IMG/VR virus record: IMGVR_UViG_3300030294_000005 | Coordinates: 124,001 to 188,000 of that record | Strand: one strand, 5' to 3' | Length of the DNA stretch: 64,000 bases | In this document: positions 1-9,407 of the stretch, in pieces | Position numbering within the stretch: position 1 is the first letter of the stretch | How the letters are laid out: the number at the start of each line of letters is the position of its first letter | Made by a program: the position numbers and the translations under genes | Notes under the pieces: generated by a model | Seen by the model: only the letters and a program-made list of their open reading frames with translations | The model's database searches: none | What the model was told of the DNA's origin: nothing

Positions 1-3
1 AAT

Positions 4-816
4 ATGATTAGTCAATTATATAAAAGAATAAATTATTCTTCAGAATTTTCATATATTATATCAAGATATATAAGAGAATATGATATATCAAAAGCAAATA
101 TAAATATATTATATTCTTTAAATTTAATAACTAAATCTCAATATGAATATTTAGATAAAGCAGATAGAATGGAAAGACAGGTTATAATAGGATTGATGCA
201 ACAGAAAGATAATAACATTTCTATTGCATTGAAAAAAGGAATAATAGAAGCAAAGGAACAATTCTTTGTTTCAAATAATATACAAGATAATGAAGTATTA
301 TGTATAAAGAATGATGCTATATTTCTTATAGATAAGATAGCAGTAAATACTAAGTTTGGTATCGTTGAATTTAAAAATAAAAATACATATACTTCATATT
401 ATAAATTACCATATAATAATATTGAATTATATTATTATATTGATATAGTAAATAATTTAGAAGTCTTAACCGTTAAAGGAATAAAAGAAGATGCTGCAGT
501 ATTACATAATAATTACTTTATAGAATTTCTAAAGGTTCTATTCTGTTCAACAGAGACAGAATCAATAGAAGATACTATAGCATTATTAGTTACTTTTTAT
601 AATAATTATATACAGTTAAATTTAGAAACAGAATATTATAGAGAGTTCAATTCTGAATCTTTAATAAGATTAAAAAGAATGTCTAGATTGTATTCTTTTA
701 AAGCTGACTTCTTAGAAGAGAAGAATAAGGAGTATATAGATATATCTTTTAATCTTAATATATTAAGATTCCTGCATCAAATCTATTCTGGATTATTATT
801 TTCTAGAAAAAGATAA
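4..816 (+). CDS. divergent family-B-like DNA polymerase catalytic fragment (split polymerase); may extend upstream of the window
   Basis: Motif A-like EYDISKANINIL and motif C-like IKNDAIF in PolB order and spacing; no exonuclease domain in 270 aa; phiKZ-like phages carry split divergent PolB genes. Confidence 0.5.
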   Translation: MISQLYKRINYSSEFSYIISRYIREYDISKANINILYSLNLITKSQYEYLDKADRMERQVIIGLMQQKDNNISIALKKGIIEAKEQFFVSNNIQDNEVLCIKNDAIFLIDKIAVNTKFGIVEFKNKNTYTSYYKLPYNNIELYYYIDIVNNLEVLTVKGIKEDAAVLHNNYFIEFLKVLFCSTETESIEDTIALLVTFYNNYIQLNLETEYYREFNSESLIRLKRMSRLYSFKADFLEEKNKEYIDISFNLNILRFLHQIYSGLLFSRKR

Positions 817-837
817 ATAAATATAGGGGGTATTATA

Positions 838-1422
838 ATGAAAATTATTAATTTAAGAAAAGGTGATAAATTAAAATATGTTAAAAGTGCTGTAATGGCT
901 GGTGCTTGCGAAGGTCAAATTAGTATTATACATTCTGCCAAAAATGAAGACATATCTATAAGTGGTGGAGTTTATGGTATACCTATAAATGGATTATGTG
1001 AGAATTATAAATTTATTAAAGAAGATGGTACTTTAGAAGATATAACTAAAGGATTAGGATATACCGATTTTATAGTAAGAGCAAAAAATTTAGCATTAGC
1101 ATGTTATAAAATAGGAATTGGACAACCATATAGTATAGATTTACCAAAAGAATATTTAAATGAATTAATGCAAGATACATTATTTCAGATATGTAGTTTA
1201 GACGATTCTGCTGCTATTACTCCAGAAAAAAGTCATAAAAATTGGATGGATAGAAAAATTAGATATGGATGGATATATGGTGAAACTGAAAATTTAGAAA
1301 AGAAAACTCATCCAAATCTAATCCCATTTAATAGTCTTTCTGAAATAGAAAAAAATAAATATGTAATAAATAATTTAATGTATAAAGAATTTGAAAAGTT
1401 ATGGAATGAGATATTTAAATAA
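838..1422 (+). CDS. RyR-domain-containing protein
   Basis: C-terminal HKNWMDRKIRYGWIYGETENLEKKTHPNLIPFNSLSEIEK matches the RyR repeat pattern H..W...K...GW.YG......KTHP.L.P...L...EK. Confidence 0.7.
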   Translation: MKIINLRKGDKLKYVKSAVMAGACEGQISIIHSAKNEDISISGGVYGIPINGLCENYKFIKEDGTLEDITKGLGYTDFIVRAKNLALACYKIGIGQPYSIDLPKEYLNELMQDTLFQICSLDDSAAITPEKSHKNWMDRKIRYGWIYGETENLEKKTHPNLIPFNSLSEIEKNKYVINNLMYKEFEKLWNEIFK

Positions 1423-1434
1423 TATAATTAGGGG

Positions 1435-1722
1435 ATGGGATATCATATGTTTAAAAAATTAAGAAAATGGTATGTATTAAATTTATATAAAAAATTTGAT
1501 ACAACTGCTAACTTAGCTTATCATCTATATAAAAGATGGTTGATAATAAATATTATAGGATTTATCATATCATTTATTTTATATATGAGTTTTAGATTTA
1601 ATTTTATTAAATGCAATGATGGATCTATTTTAATAAGTACTTTTATGATAATGATTTGTTTTATAGGATGGAGTGTAACATCTATCGCTGGAATGAAAGA
1701 TAATTCGAGGAAAATAAAATGA
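1435..1722 (+). CDS. hypothetical membrane protein (2 TM)
   Basis: ORF track; two hydrophobic segments; purine-rich RBS. Confidence 0.6.
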   Translation: MGYHMFKKLRKWYVLNLYKKFDTTANLAYHLYKRWLIINIIGFIISFILYMSFRFNFIKCNDGSILISTFMIMICFIGWSVTSIAGMKDNSRKIK

Positions 1723-1949
1723 AAAAATGTTTTGGTAATTATTTTGTAGAAAATATGTGTGAAGATCATAGCTGTACAGAAAAAGGGTGTTTTGCTAGAA
1801 CAATGATCAGTAGAGGTGCATGTGCATGTCCTTATAAAGAAAATTGTACTTTATTAACACAAAGAAGACAAACAAATTATAGAAAAGAGAATAATCGTAA
1901 AATATCAGATTGTGGATATTATGAAGAGTATTCTAATAAAAGATGTTGA
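1719..1949 (+). CDS. Cys-rich hypothetical protein, possibly frameshifted near 1860
   Basis: ATGA overlap with the upstream gene; 7 Cys in the first 40 aa; an alternative frame is open from 1861 to 1974. Confidence 0.4.
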   Translation: MKKCFGNYFVENMCEDHSCTEKGCFARTMISRGACACPYKENCTLLTQRRQTNYRKENNRKISDCGYYEEYSNKRC

Positions 1950-2079
1950 TAATTACAATTCATTGATAAACTAGATATTATTGTTAAACTTATCTGAACA
2001 AGAATGTAAGGGAGGATACTATCAAAAGACGCATTGCTAAATAGACTATTTTATAAAATCATAAAAGAGGTGTAATATA

Positions 2080-2331
2080 ATGATTAATAGATTTTTTAGA
2101 GCATTGGGCGGAGATCCTAAAGATGGTGATGTTGTTAGATGCATAAAATCTTTTATAGTAGTTCCTCAAGTTATTGCATGTGCAACAGCTATTTATGTTG
2201 GATTTAAGCACTATAATCAACATCCTATTCTTTGCTTAGCATTAGCATATATAAGTGCTTTTTTTGCTTGGCAGGCTGGATGGGGTATGAGTATAGAGAG
2301 ATTTATAAATATAGAAAAAGATAATGAATAA
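2080..2331 (+). CDS. small membrane protein, paralog of 57135..57398
   Basis: GAGGTG RBS; 2 TM segments; shares AWQ.GWGMSIERFI motif with 57135..57398. Confidence 0.75.
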   Translation: MINRFFRALGGDPKDGDVVRCIKSFIVVPQVIACATAIYVGFKHYNQHPILCLALAYISAFFAWQAGWGMSIERFINIEKDNE

Positions 2332-2347
2332 TTTATAAATAAAAAAC

Positions 2348-2380
2348 AGGGTAAGATGCAATAGCATCTTACTCTTCTTT
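2348..2380. terminator. bidirectional terminator hairpin between convergent genes
   Basis: Stem GTAAGATGC/GCATCTTAC, A-run on the left and T-run on the right. Confidence 0.6.
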
Positions 2381-2815
2381 TTTTACAGAATTCTTTTGTA
2401 TAGAAAATTGCATAGTAAATAAATAAACTCGTTCACTCAATAATTTATCAAAATTATCTATATTATATACTAATGATATTTTAGATATCAGAGTAGGAGA
2501 TATTCTATCTACAACTTTATGTGCAACATCTTGTGTTATTATTTTTTCTAAGTCAGCATCAACATAATCAATATCATTACGATATTCTATATTTAAAACA
2601 GTATATTCAGTAAAACATTCTTGTATAACCTTATCTAATAATGCAAATGTATCATCCTCTATATTAGATGATATGTTTAATTCATATTCCTTTAAGTCTA
2701 ATTCTCTTTTTTTAATACTTATTAATTTAATTAAAAAATAAGCCAATGCTAAAAATGCTACAGCTACAGAAAATATTAGTGTATAAAATAATATTATATA
2801 TATTAATTCTTTCAT
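2369..2815 (-). CDS. hypothetical protein with N-terminal TM helix
   Basis: AGGAGG RBS; hydrophobic N-terminus. Confidence 0.75.
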   Translation of the reverse strand: MKELIYIILFYTLIFSVAVAFLALAYFLIKLISIKKRELDLKEYELNISSNIEDDTFALLDKVIQECFTEYTVLNIEYRNDIDYVDADLEKIITQDVAHKVVDRISPTLISKISLVYNIDNFDKLLSERVYLFTMQFSIQKNSVKKEE

Positions 2816-2843
2816 AATTTTAGTCCTCCTAAATTTTATTGAT

Positions 2844-2855
2844 TATATATTTGTT
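2844..2855 (-). promoter_or_regulatory. late-type promoter motif AACA-N6-TA
   Basis: AACAAATATATA on the minus strand upstream of 2369..2815. Confidence 0.45.
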
Positions 2856-2884
2856 ACAAGAATAAAAATATATAGAGAATTACC

Positions 2885-3556
2885 CTATATATTTCTAACT
2901 TGATTATTTAATGAGGACCAGTTTATTATTTTTTCACGTAAATCTAATAAATTAGAATCAATAGATTTACCTTCGTTTTCAATAGCTCTTTTTATATAGA
3001 ATAATATTTTGAAAGCTATATCTTGAGATATACCAGTATTATATTTCTCTAAAAATTTATACCAATTACCAAAACACATTGAAGGACTTATATAAAATTC
3101 TTCAGTATTATGTTCTAATTGATGTGCTGTTAGTGATAACATCACTAATGCAATCATATTTTTTCCATGTTCCTGTTTAAGTAATTGTACTAAATCAAAT
3201 GTAGATATATACCCTTTGGTATTTAATACATGCTCTGTTATTATTATTGCTACATCATAAATTGTTAATATACAATGATGCATTTCTATAGATGCCATTT
3301 CAGCAGTTATATTACCATTGAATTGACAATGATCCAATCCTAAACCCATTAAATATCCTTTATAGTGTTTATATCTTTTAGATTTTCTAAATCTAGAAAC
3401 GGCACTATCTAAGAATTTTTTATAAGTCTCTATATCTAATAATGTTTCTTTAGTTTGATAAAATGATATTTCATAAGGACTATTAGGACTTGTTATAGTG
3501 GGGTTAAAAAATTGATTATATATTTCTATATCAGGAAATTTATTATAATCACTCAC
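2885..3556 (-). CDS. conserved-looking phage protein, possible HNH/His-Me-like fold
   Basis: GGAGGTG RBS with GTG start; CQF...EMHH...LSLTAHQLEH His-rich pattern. Confidence 0.55.
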   Translation of the reverse strand: MSDYNKFPDIEIYNQFFNPTITSPNSPYEISFYQTKETLLDIETYKKFLDSAVSRFRKSKRYKHYKGYLMGLGLDHCQFNGNITAEMASIEMHHCILTIYDVAIIITEHVLNTKGYISTFDLVQLLKQEHGKNMIALVMLSLTAHQLEHNTEEFYISPSMCFGNWYKFLEKYNTGISQDIAFKILFYIKRAIENEGKSIDSNLLDLREKIINWSSLNNQVRNI

Positions 3557-3584
3557 TATTGTGTCACCTCCATTGGTATTATAT

Positions 3585-3596
3585 TATATTAATGTT
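3585..3596 (-). promoter_or_regulatory. late-type promoter motif AACA-N6-TA
   Basis: AACATTAATATA on the minus strand. Confidence 0.5.
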
Positions 3597-3638
3597 AAAA
3601 CATATTGAGACCCTTATATATGGTAAAATATAAATTGA

Positions 3639-3661
3639 TTATATATTATACATATATATAG
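3639..3661 (+). promoter_or_regulatory. early-type promoter motif
   Basis: TTATATATTATACATATATATAG upstream of 3690. Confidence 0.45.
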
Positions 3662-3689
3662 AATAAAAATATAAAAGGAGATGATTTAA

Positions 3690-4286
3690 ATGAAAATTGC
3701 ATCAGATGCATTTATGATAGATAAGAAATATTCTATGATAAATGATAATCTAAGTATTCCTATAAGTATAGAAGATATATCTAGCGATGCCAAATCTATT
3801 GTTGTACTTTTTCATGATTTAGATCTAAATTCTAATCAATGGGTACATTGGATTATGGTAGATATACCTGTAACTACTACTTGTATTAAAGAAGGCGTTT
3901 CTAAAACTATTAATATCCCAGATGGTAGTATTGAATTGAAAAACAGTTTTGGTAATATTGGTTATGATGGACCATGTCCACCAGAGAGTGATGATGCACA
4001 TGAGTACGAATTATCTATTTTTGTAATGAAAACTGAAAAATTAGATATGTCAAAACTATTAAACCTAGATACAATACTAACTTATACTTTATTTACTATG
4101 ATATTTTTATCTGATATTTTAAGTGAATACTCAATTTCATCATTTTTTAAAACTGATAAAACAATAACCAATCCTAAATTAGATAAATCTATATCTGATG
4201 TTATAATAACTTCAGATTCTACAGATCCATATGCTAGATCTAAGGAAACTGTAGTAGGTGGAATTCAATATTATGGAGGAAAGTAA
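3690..4286 (+). CDS. YbhB/YbcL-family (PEBP / Raf kinase inhibitor-like) protein
   Basis: WVHWIMVDIP, NSFGNIGYDGPCPP and HEYELSIF motifs. Confidence 0.85.
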   Translation: MKIASDAFMIDKKYSMINDNLSIPISIEDISSDAKSIVVLFHDLDLNSNQWVHWIMVDIPVTTTCIKEGVSKTINIPDGSIELKNSFGNIGYDGPCPPESDDAHEYELSIFVMKTEKLDMSKLLNLDTILTYTLFTMIFLSDILSEYSISSFFKTDKTITNPKLDKSISDVIITSDSTDPYARSKETVVGGIQYYGGK

Positions 4287-4565
4287 ATGGGTGACGATGA
4301 AGAATTTTGTTCTGAATTAGAAAGGGGTAAAAAAATTGTTAAAAAAATAGAAGTGTTAAAAGATCTTATATTAGGAGTGAATAACGATTCTAATATAATA
4401 ATTAATAATACATATCTAATAGGACAAGCTTCTGTTATAAGTACTGTATTATTAATGGAGAATGATGAAAAATTAACTGCTAATGAAATTAAAAATCAAT
4501 TAAAAGAAATAATAAAAAATAATCCTGAATTAAAAAAATATGTAGATACTATTATGGGAGAGTGA
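4287..4565 (+). CDS. hypothetical protein, tandem paralog of 4572..4883
   Basis: Shared YL[IL]GQA.[VI]IS.VL.ME and IIK.N..LK.YV..[IV]M patterns. Confidence 0.75.
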   Translation: MGDDEEFCSELERGKKIVKKIEVLKDLILGVNNDSNIIINNTYLIGQASVISTVLLMENDEKLTANEIKNQLKEIIKNNPELKKYVDTIMGE

Positions 4566-4571
4566 TTAATA

Positions 4572-4883
4572 ATGAATAACGAAAAAGTTTTAAACAATGA
4601 ATTAAAAGAAAATACTAAAATAAGTGTTGATGAAGTAGAAAAGAAACGTGTAAAAACTGCAATTGAGGATATTGTAAAAAAGATATTACAAGAAAAAAAT
4701 TCTGATTTAACTAATGCAGTAGAGAATGTTTATCTATTAGGACAAGCTTTTATTATATCAGGTGTTTTAATGGAAGATCCAGAAAAAACAACTTTTGCTA
4801 AATTTCAAACTCAATTAAGACATATCATAAAAGAAAATGATAAACTAAAAGAATATGTTCATGAAGTTATGAAAAATATTTAA
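4572..4883 (+). CDS. hypothetical protein, tandem paralog of 4287..4565
   Basis: Same shared motifs; GGAG RBS. Confidence 0.75.
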   Translation: MNNEKVLNNELKENTKISVDEVEKKRVKTAIEDIVKKILQEKNSDLTNAVENVYLLGQAFIISGVLMEDPEKTTFAKFQTQLRHIIKENDKLKEYVHEVMKNI

Positions 4884-4914
4884 GATAAGAGCTTTATTGC
4901 TCTTATCTTTTTTA
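4882..4914 (+). terminator. intrinsic terminator
   Basis: AAGATAAGAGC/GCTCTTATCTT stem followed by a T-run. Confidence 0.75.
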
Positions 4915-4941
4915 TATTATATTTTTAGGGGGATGGTTTAG

Positions 4942-5496
4942 ATGATAATAAAGTTAGATAAGATAGTTAAAGAGAAGACTTGGAATAAGGATATAGTTAT
5001 AGTACAATTTTATAATACAGAAACTCATGAATTTTCTGTAATGGATTTTATTACAGGTAAGAAATTCAAACATGCTACAGCATTAAATTGTGATCATTTA
5101 TCATTTGTAGAAGAGAAAGATTCTAATGATGATGTTATAAAATATTTAATAGATTTAGGTATTAAAAAATTAAGTAATATACCTTCAGAGTATGGTGAAT
5201 TAATTAATCCTACAAAAGATAAAATGAAATTAATCAGCTCTAATTTAAAAGAAATAAAGAATACCGAATTAGAATTAAGAGATGGAAGATATTATAATGA
5301 AAGTAATAAATTAATAATAAGTACTATATCATTGCTGTGTGATTGTTTAATATCAATTGAAGGTGGATGTAATTGGCCTAATATTAAAATGTTACAAGAC
5401 GAAGGATATAAAGTATATGCTGGTGAAAAAGATAGTTTTGGATGGTTAACTGGGTGCGTTGAAATTGATAAAGAGCATATTATCATATATGGATAG
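4942..5496 (+). CDS. hypothetical protein
   Basis: ORF track; GGGGG RBS; C-terminal GEKDSFGWLTGC...YG module. Confidence 0.75.
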   Translation: MIIKLDKIVKEKTWNKDIVIVQFYNTETHEFSVMDFITGKKFKHATALNCDHLSFVEEKDSNDDVIKYLIDLGIKKLSNIPSEYGELINPTKDKMKLISSNLKEIKNTELELRDGRYYNESNKLIISTISLLCDCLISIEGGCNWPNIKMLQDEGYKVYAGEKDSFGWLTGCVEIDKEHIIIYG

Positions 5497-5506
5497 GAGT
5501 AATCTA

Positions 5507-6001
5507 TTGAAAGTAATATTTTTAGATATTGATGGTGTTTTAAATACAGAAAGATATGTAATTGAGCAATATAAAAAAACAGGAAAACCTCATAGTACAC
5601 ACCATTCAGAATTTGATCCAATATGTATGGAAAATCTAAAAGATTTTATTAAACAAACTGATGCATATATTGTTATTAGTTCATCTTGGAGATTAGGAAA
5701 TCACAAAACTGATAAAGGTTGGAAAACTTTAATTAATAGATTTAATACATACGGTTTACTAGATAGAATTATAGGGTGTACTCCTTGTTTAGATGATCAA
5801 TATAAAGATATGTGTTGTAGAGGACATGAGATTCAAAAATGGTTAGATGATAATAAAAATATAGATAACTTTGTAATAATTGATGATGATAGAGATATGT
5901 TTCATTTGATTAGTAAGTTAGCAAAATGTAATTTTAAAGATGGGTTTAGTGATAAAGTGAAACAAAAAGCATTAGAGATTATAAATAAGATAAGAGTTTA
6001 A
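5507..6001 (+). CDS. HAD-superfamily hydrolase (Swiss Army Knife RNA-repair-like HAD)
   Basis: KVIFLDIDGVLN, IVISSSWR, RGHEIQKWL and FVIIDDD motifs; start moved to TTG 5507 after a GGAG RBS. Confidence 0.85.
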   Translation: MKVIFLDIDGVLNTERYVIEQYKKTGKPHSTHHSEFDPICMENLKDFIKQTDAYIVISSSWRLGNHKTDKGWKTLINRFNTYGLLDRIIGCTPCLDDQYKDMCCRGHEIQKWLDDNKNIDNFVIIDDDRDMFHLISKLAKCNFKDGFSDKVKQKALEIINKIRV

Positions 6002-6025
6002 TACTTTTATCTTTTTTATTTTTTT
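5987..6025 (+). terminator. intrinsic terminator
   Basis: AAGATAAGAGT/ACTTTTATCTT stem and long T-run. Confidence 0.6.
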
Positions 6026-6026
6026 G

Positions 6027-6038
6027 TACATATAAATA
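6027..6038 (+). promoter_or_regulatory. late-type promoter motif variant TACA-N6-TA
   Basis: TACATATAAATA upstream of 6068. Confidence 0.45.
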
Positions 6039-6067
6039 ATAACTTATATAAAAGAGGTGATATAGAT

Positions 6068-8494
6068 ATGGAAAAAGCTAAAATACTAACAGACAATATA
6101 CCTGTATTAGATGATATAATGTATAATACAAAATTATTAATTCTTAGAAGTGTATTAAAAGATCAAAGTAGTGCTGATATTAATGAAACAGTAGAGAGTA
6201 GAAGAAATGGAGATAAATTTACATTATGTACTGAAGGATATGGTAGATTTGAAATGTTTGAATATAAAGAATTGATATTACGAGAAGTATTAATTCCAGA
6301 ATATTTAATAATGGATTGTGTTGAAGACAATACCAAAATTCCTAGTATGTATAGAGATTTATTATTAAGTCTAACAACAGAAAGATTTCTAGCAAACTAT
6401 AATGAATTAAATAATTATTATAGAATGTTGGGTGGGTTGCCTGATATAGGAGATGAAGGTATTATATTAGATCCAACACAATATGATCTAACTGATATTG
6501 TTGGTATTGATTTTAGTCAAAAAGTTCATGAGATGTCAAAAGATGAAGCTGATATTCTTTATGCTTTAGGTATAATAGATACAGTATTAATTGATAACCC
6601 AACTAAAAAATATTTAAACTATTTAGGCTCTAGAAAGATATCTATTTATCAGGCTAGAAAGGCTGATAGATTTGAACTTTTATATATTCCAGAAGGGGTA
6701 GTTCCATTAGAAATATTAAATAGATTTAAGACTAAAATAATACTAAATAGATTATATACATTAAGAACTATATATTCAGATGCTTATAAATTTGGATCAG
6801 ACTATTATGATAATTTTATTGCAATATTAATATTGATTCAAACAACTGTAGACATGATTACTGAACTTCCAGACTATATAATAAAAAGAGAAGTATTTGA
6901 TTATAGAATGGTTCAACTTATATTTGAATCAAATGGAATTGATTATTATCCAGATATACCATTTAGATATCAAAAAGCATTAATAACCAATCTTAATAAA
7001 TTATTAAAATATAAAGCTACTACTATAGACGTAGTAGATATTTGTGCATTGTTTGGATTCGACAATATAAAGGTATTTAAATACTATATCTTACGAGATA
7101 GAAAATTAGATAAAGATAAAAATTATGTATTCTCATACACAGATGGTGTAGATGATACTGGTAATCCAACTCATACAGAAGATAAAGCTGGAGAGTATGA
7201 TCTTAGATTCATCAAAGTACCAATTGATGGGAACGTAGATAAAAGTTTATATGATAATACAATGATTAGCGATTATGATGATATAGTACTTGGAGATAAG
7301 TATTGGAATGGAATAGAAGAACATGAAGTAGTTAAAGCAAAAATGATAGAAATGGAATTTAATTATTTACAATCTAAATACTTTTCTATAGATACAATAT
7401 ATGATTTAACTTCTGTGACATTTGATGTATGCTATTTTTTCAATATGATATTTGATAATGATCGATTTGAAAAACAAATACTTATAAAAGTTCCATATAT
7501 AAATAGTACAGCATCATTTAAGTTAGTAGATCTTATATGTTATTTATTTGCATTAGGATATGAGTATCAAGGAATAGAAGATTCTATAATGGATACTCAA
7601 ACTAAAGTTCTTCATATAAAAGGATTTAATTTTGAAGCTGACTTAGCTTACCTTGCTAACTATGTTAAAGAGCAAGGATACACAATGAAAGACTTAGGAG
7701 TTGATGAATTTAAGATTCCATCATCTACGATGACATTTAATCAGTTACTAGATATATTTACTAATAATAAAAAGATATATGATCATTTAGCATATGAAAT
7801 ATTACATGCTAATAATAAAAGAACTTATGACATATATAAAAAATTATATGATGCATTAATGATAACTGAATTAAATATGAATATATTTAAAAATAAAGAT
7901 GGGGTTATGTATAAAACCTATACAGAGTTTTTAAAAGATAGAGATACTTTATTATTTTATTCATTATATCAGATAAGACAAATAACAAATGTAATGAGTA
8001 AGAAGCAACAGATAAGTGATTATATAGATAGCATAGTGTATGCACTGGAAGAATATATAACTGATAAAGAGTTCTATAATAATATTTTTTCATACATACC
8101 AACAGTATCTGCAGAATCAGTAAAATATTATATATTTAAAGTAATAGATTTCTTTAAATCATATAAGGTTCAATTAATGAATATAAATATAATCTATATA
8201 TTCGGAAGAATAGATACGTTTGTTAAAATGATAGACGATATATCTATACAGTATTCATTAACTAAAACAGATGTATTAAAATATATAGATAATAAATTAA
8301 CTAATGTAAGTATGACAAAAGAAGAACGAGATATATTACATGAGAAGTTATATATTGATCCAACTTATTGGTCAAATTTATTTTTTAGTGATTATGCAAT
8401 TCGTAAAGATACAGTAATTAATACATCAGAAATAATATTTTCAGAAAAACAAGTGTATAGAGATAGATTAGATATAAAACAAATTAATAATTAA
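6068..8494 (+). CDS. large putative virion structural protein (baseplate/tail-associated)
   Basis: 808 aa ORF, GAGGTG RBS, late-type motif upstream; function inferred from context only. Confidence 0.5.
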   Translation: MEKAKILTDNIPVLDDIMYNTKLLILRSVLKDQSSADINETVESRRNGDKFTLCTEGYGRFEMFEYKELILREVLIPEYLIMDCVEDNTKIPSMYRDLLLSLTTERFLANYNELNNYYRMLGGLPDIGDEGIILDPTQYDLTDIVGIDFSQKVHEMSKDEADILYALGIIDTVLIDNPTKKYLNYLGSRKISIYQARKADRFELLYIPEGVVPLEILNRFKTKIILNRLYTLRTIYSDAYKFGSDYYDNFIAILILIQTTVDMITELPDYIIKREVFDYRMVQLIFESNGIDYYPDIPFRYQKALITNLNKLLKYKATTIDVVDICALFGFDNIKVFKYYILRDRKLDKDKNYVFSYTDGVDDTGNPTHTEDKAGEYDLRFIKVPIDGNVDKSLYDNTMISDYDDIVLGDKYWNGIEEHEVVKAKMIEMEFNYLQSKYFSIDTIYDLTSVTFDVCYFFNMIFDNDRFEKQILIKVPYINSTASFKLVDLICYLFALGYEYQGIEDSIMDTQTKVLHIKGFNFEADLAYLANYVKEQGYTMKDLGVDEFKIPSSTMTFNQLLDIFTNNKKIYDHLAYEILHANNKRTYDIYKKLYDALMITELNMNIFKNKDGVMYKTYTEFLKDRDTLLFYSLYQIRQITNVMSKKQQISDYIDSIVYALEEYITDKEFYNNIFSYIPTVSAESVKYYIFKVIDFFKSYKVQLMNINIIYIFGRIDTFVKMIDDISIQYSLTKTDVLKYIDNKLTNVSMTKEERDILHEKLYIDPTYWSNLFFSDYAIRKDTVINTSEIIFSEKQVYRDRLDIKQINN

Positions 8495-8516
8495 TGATTT
8501 ACTCTATAATATAAAA

Positions 8517-8528
8517 AACATATAAATA
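8517..8528 (+). promoter_or_regulatory. late-type promoter motif AACA-N6-TA
   Basis: AACATATAAATA. Confidence 0.6.
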
Positions 8529-8552
8529 ATAATGATAAGGAGGAATAATTAT

Positions 8553-9359
8553 ATGAATAAAGAAATGCAATTATTTGAAAAGGGTAAATATAATGATAGT
8601 GTAGCATATAATAAGACCGTAATAGAAATAAGGGATGCATTCACACATGAATGTATGTTTAGAGGTTCAAATAAAGTAATACTAGCTGGATCTGCATTCA
8701 CTGCGGCAAAACATTTTAATATATCTCCATTAGCTAAAACTCCATCATATAATTCTGTATTAGGATTAGATAATACTGTATCAGAACCATTTACTGATCC
8801 TGGAATAAGAAGAGATGAGCAGGTATTTTTATTTGCTGTAGGAACTAATGGATGTGGACTTGAAAATAGTCAGGTATATGATGTAGACTATTCTAAATGG
8901 ATTAAACCAGAATTTTTAGTCCCATTTAGATATCAATTAAAAACAAATGATTTAGATCCTACTTTAAGAGATAAGTATTTTGGAAGAAAAGTATATGGAG
9001 ACAATATTCTATATTATTTTAAATCATTTGAGACTACACCAGAACTTAAGCAACAATATTCTGATGGAACTCCTATAGATGAAAATGTATATCTATCTAA
9101 TAGAGTTGATGAAATAGAATCATATGTTGAGATACAGTTAAAAGTAACTAAAGATGACTGTAGAGATTTCTTTATAGGAACTACTGGTATTAATGATGCT
9201 AAAGTAAATAGTATTTCATTATTAACAGGTTGGAAAAAGCAAATAGATGGGTATGATTATTTTCAAGATATAAGACCACTAACTGAATTACATTTTCCAA
9301 ATGAACCATTAATAGATCTTACAAAAGGTTTAGATATTATATATCAAATATATTATTGA
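8553..9359 (+). CDS. putative virion structural protein
   Basis: AGGAGG RBS before ATG 8553; late-type motif upstream; beta-rich composition. Confidence 0.5.
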   Translation: MNKEMQLFEKGKYNDSVAYNKTVIEIRDAFTHECMFRGSNKVILAGSAFTAAKHFNISPLAKTPSYNSVLGLDNTVSEPFTDPGIRRDEQVFLFAVGTNGCGLENSQVYDVDYSKWIKPEFLVPFRYQLKTNDLDPTLRDKYFGRKVYGDNILYYFKSFETTPELKQQYSDGTPIDENVYLSNRVDEIESYVEIQLKVTKDDCRDFFIGTTGINDAKVNSISLLTGWKKQIDGYDYFQDIRPLTELHFPNEPLIDLTKGLDIIYQIYY

Positions 9360-9362
9360 TAC

Positions 9363-9393
9363 ATAGAGGGTGTAACCCTCTATTATCTTTTTT
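9363..9393 (+). terminator. hairpin / probable partial terminator
   Basis: ATAGAGGGT/ACCCTCTAT stem, T6 a few nt downstream. Confidence 0.5.
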
Positions 9394-9407
9394 AAGGAGG
9401 AAATTAT

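Noticed and set aside
6068-8494. Possible chimallin (phage nucleus shell) gene, given the tubulin
   Set aside because: No recognisable similarity; it follows a late-type motif, whereas a shell protein should be early. Nucleus formation cannot be inferred from this window.
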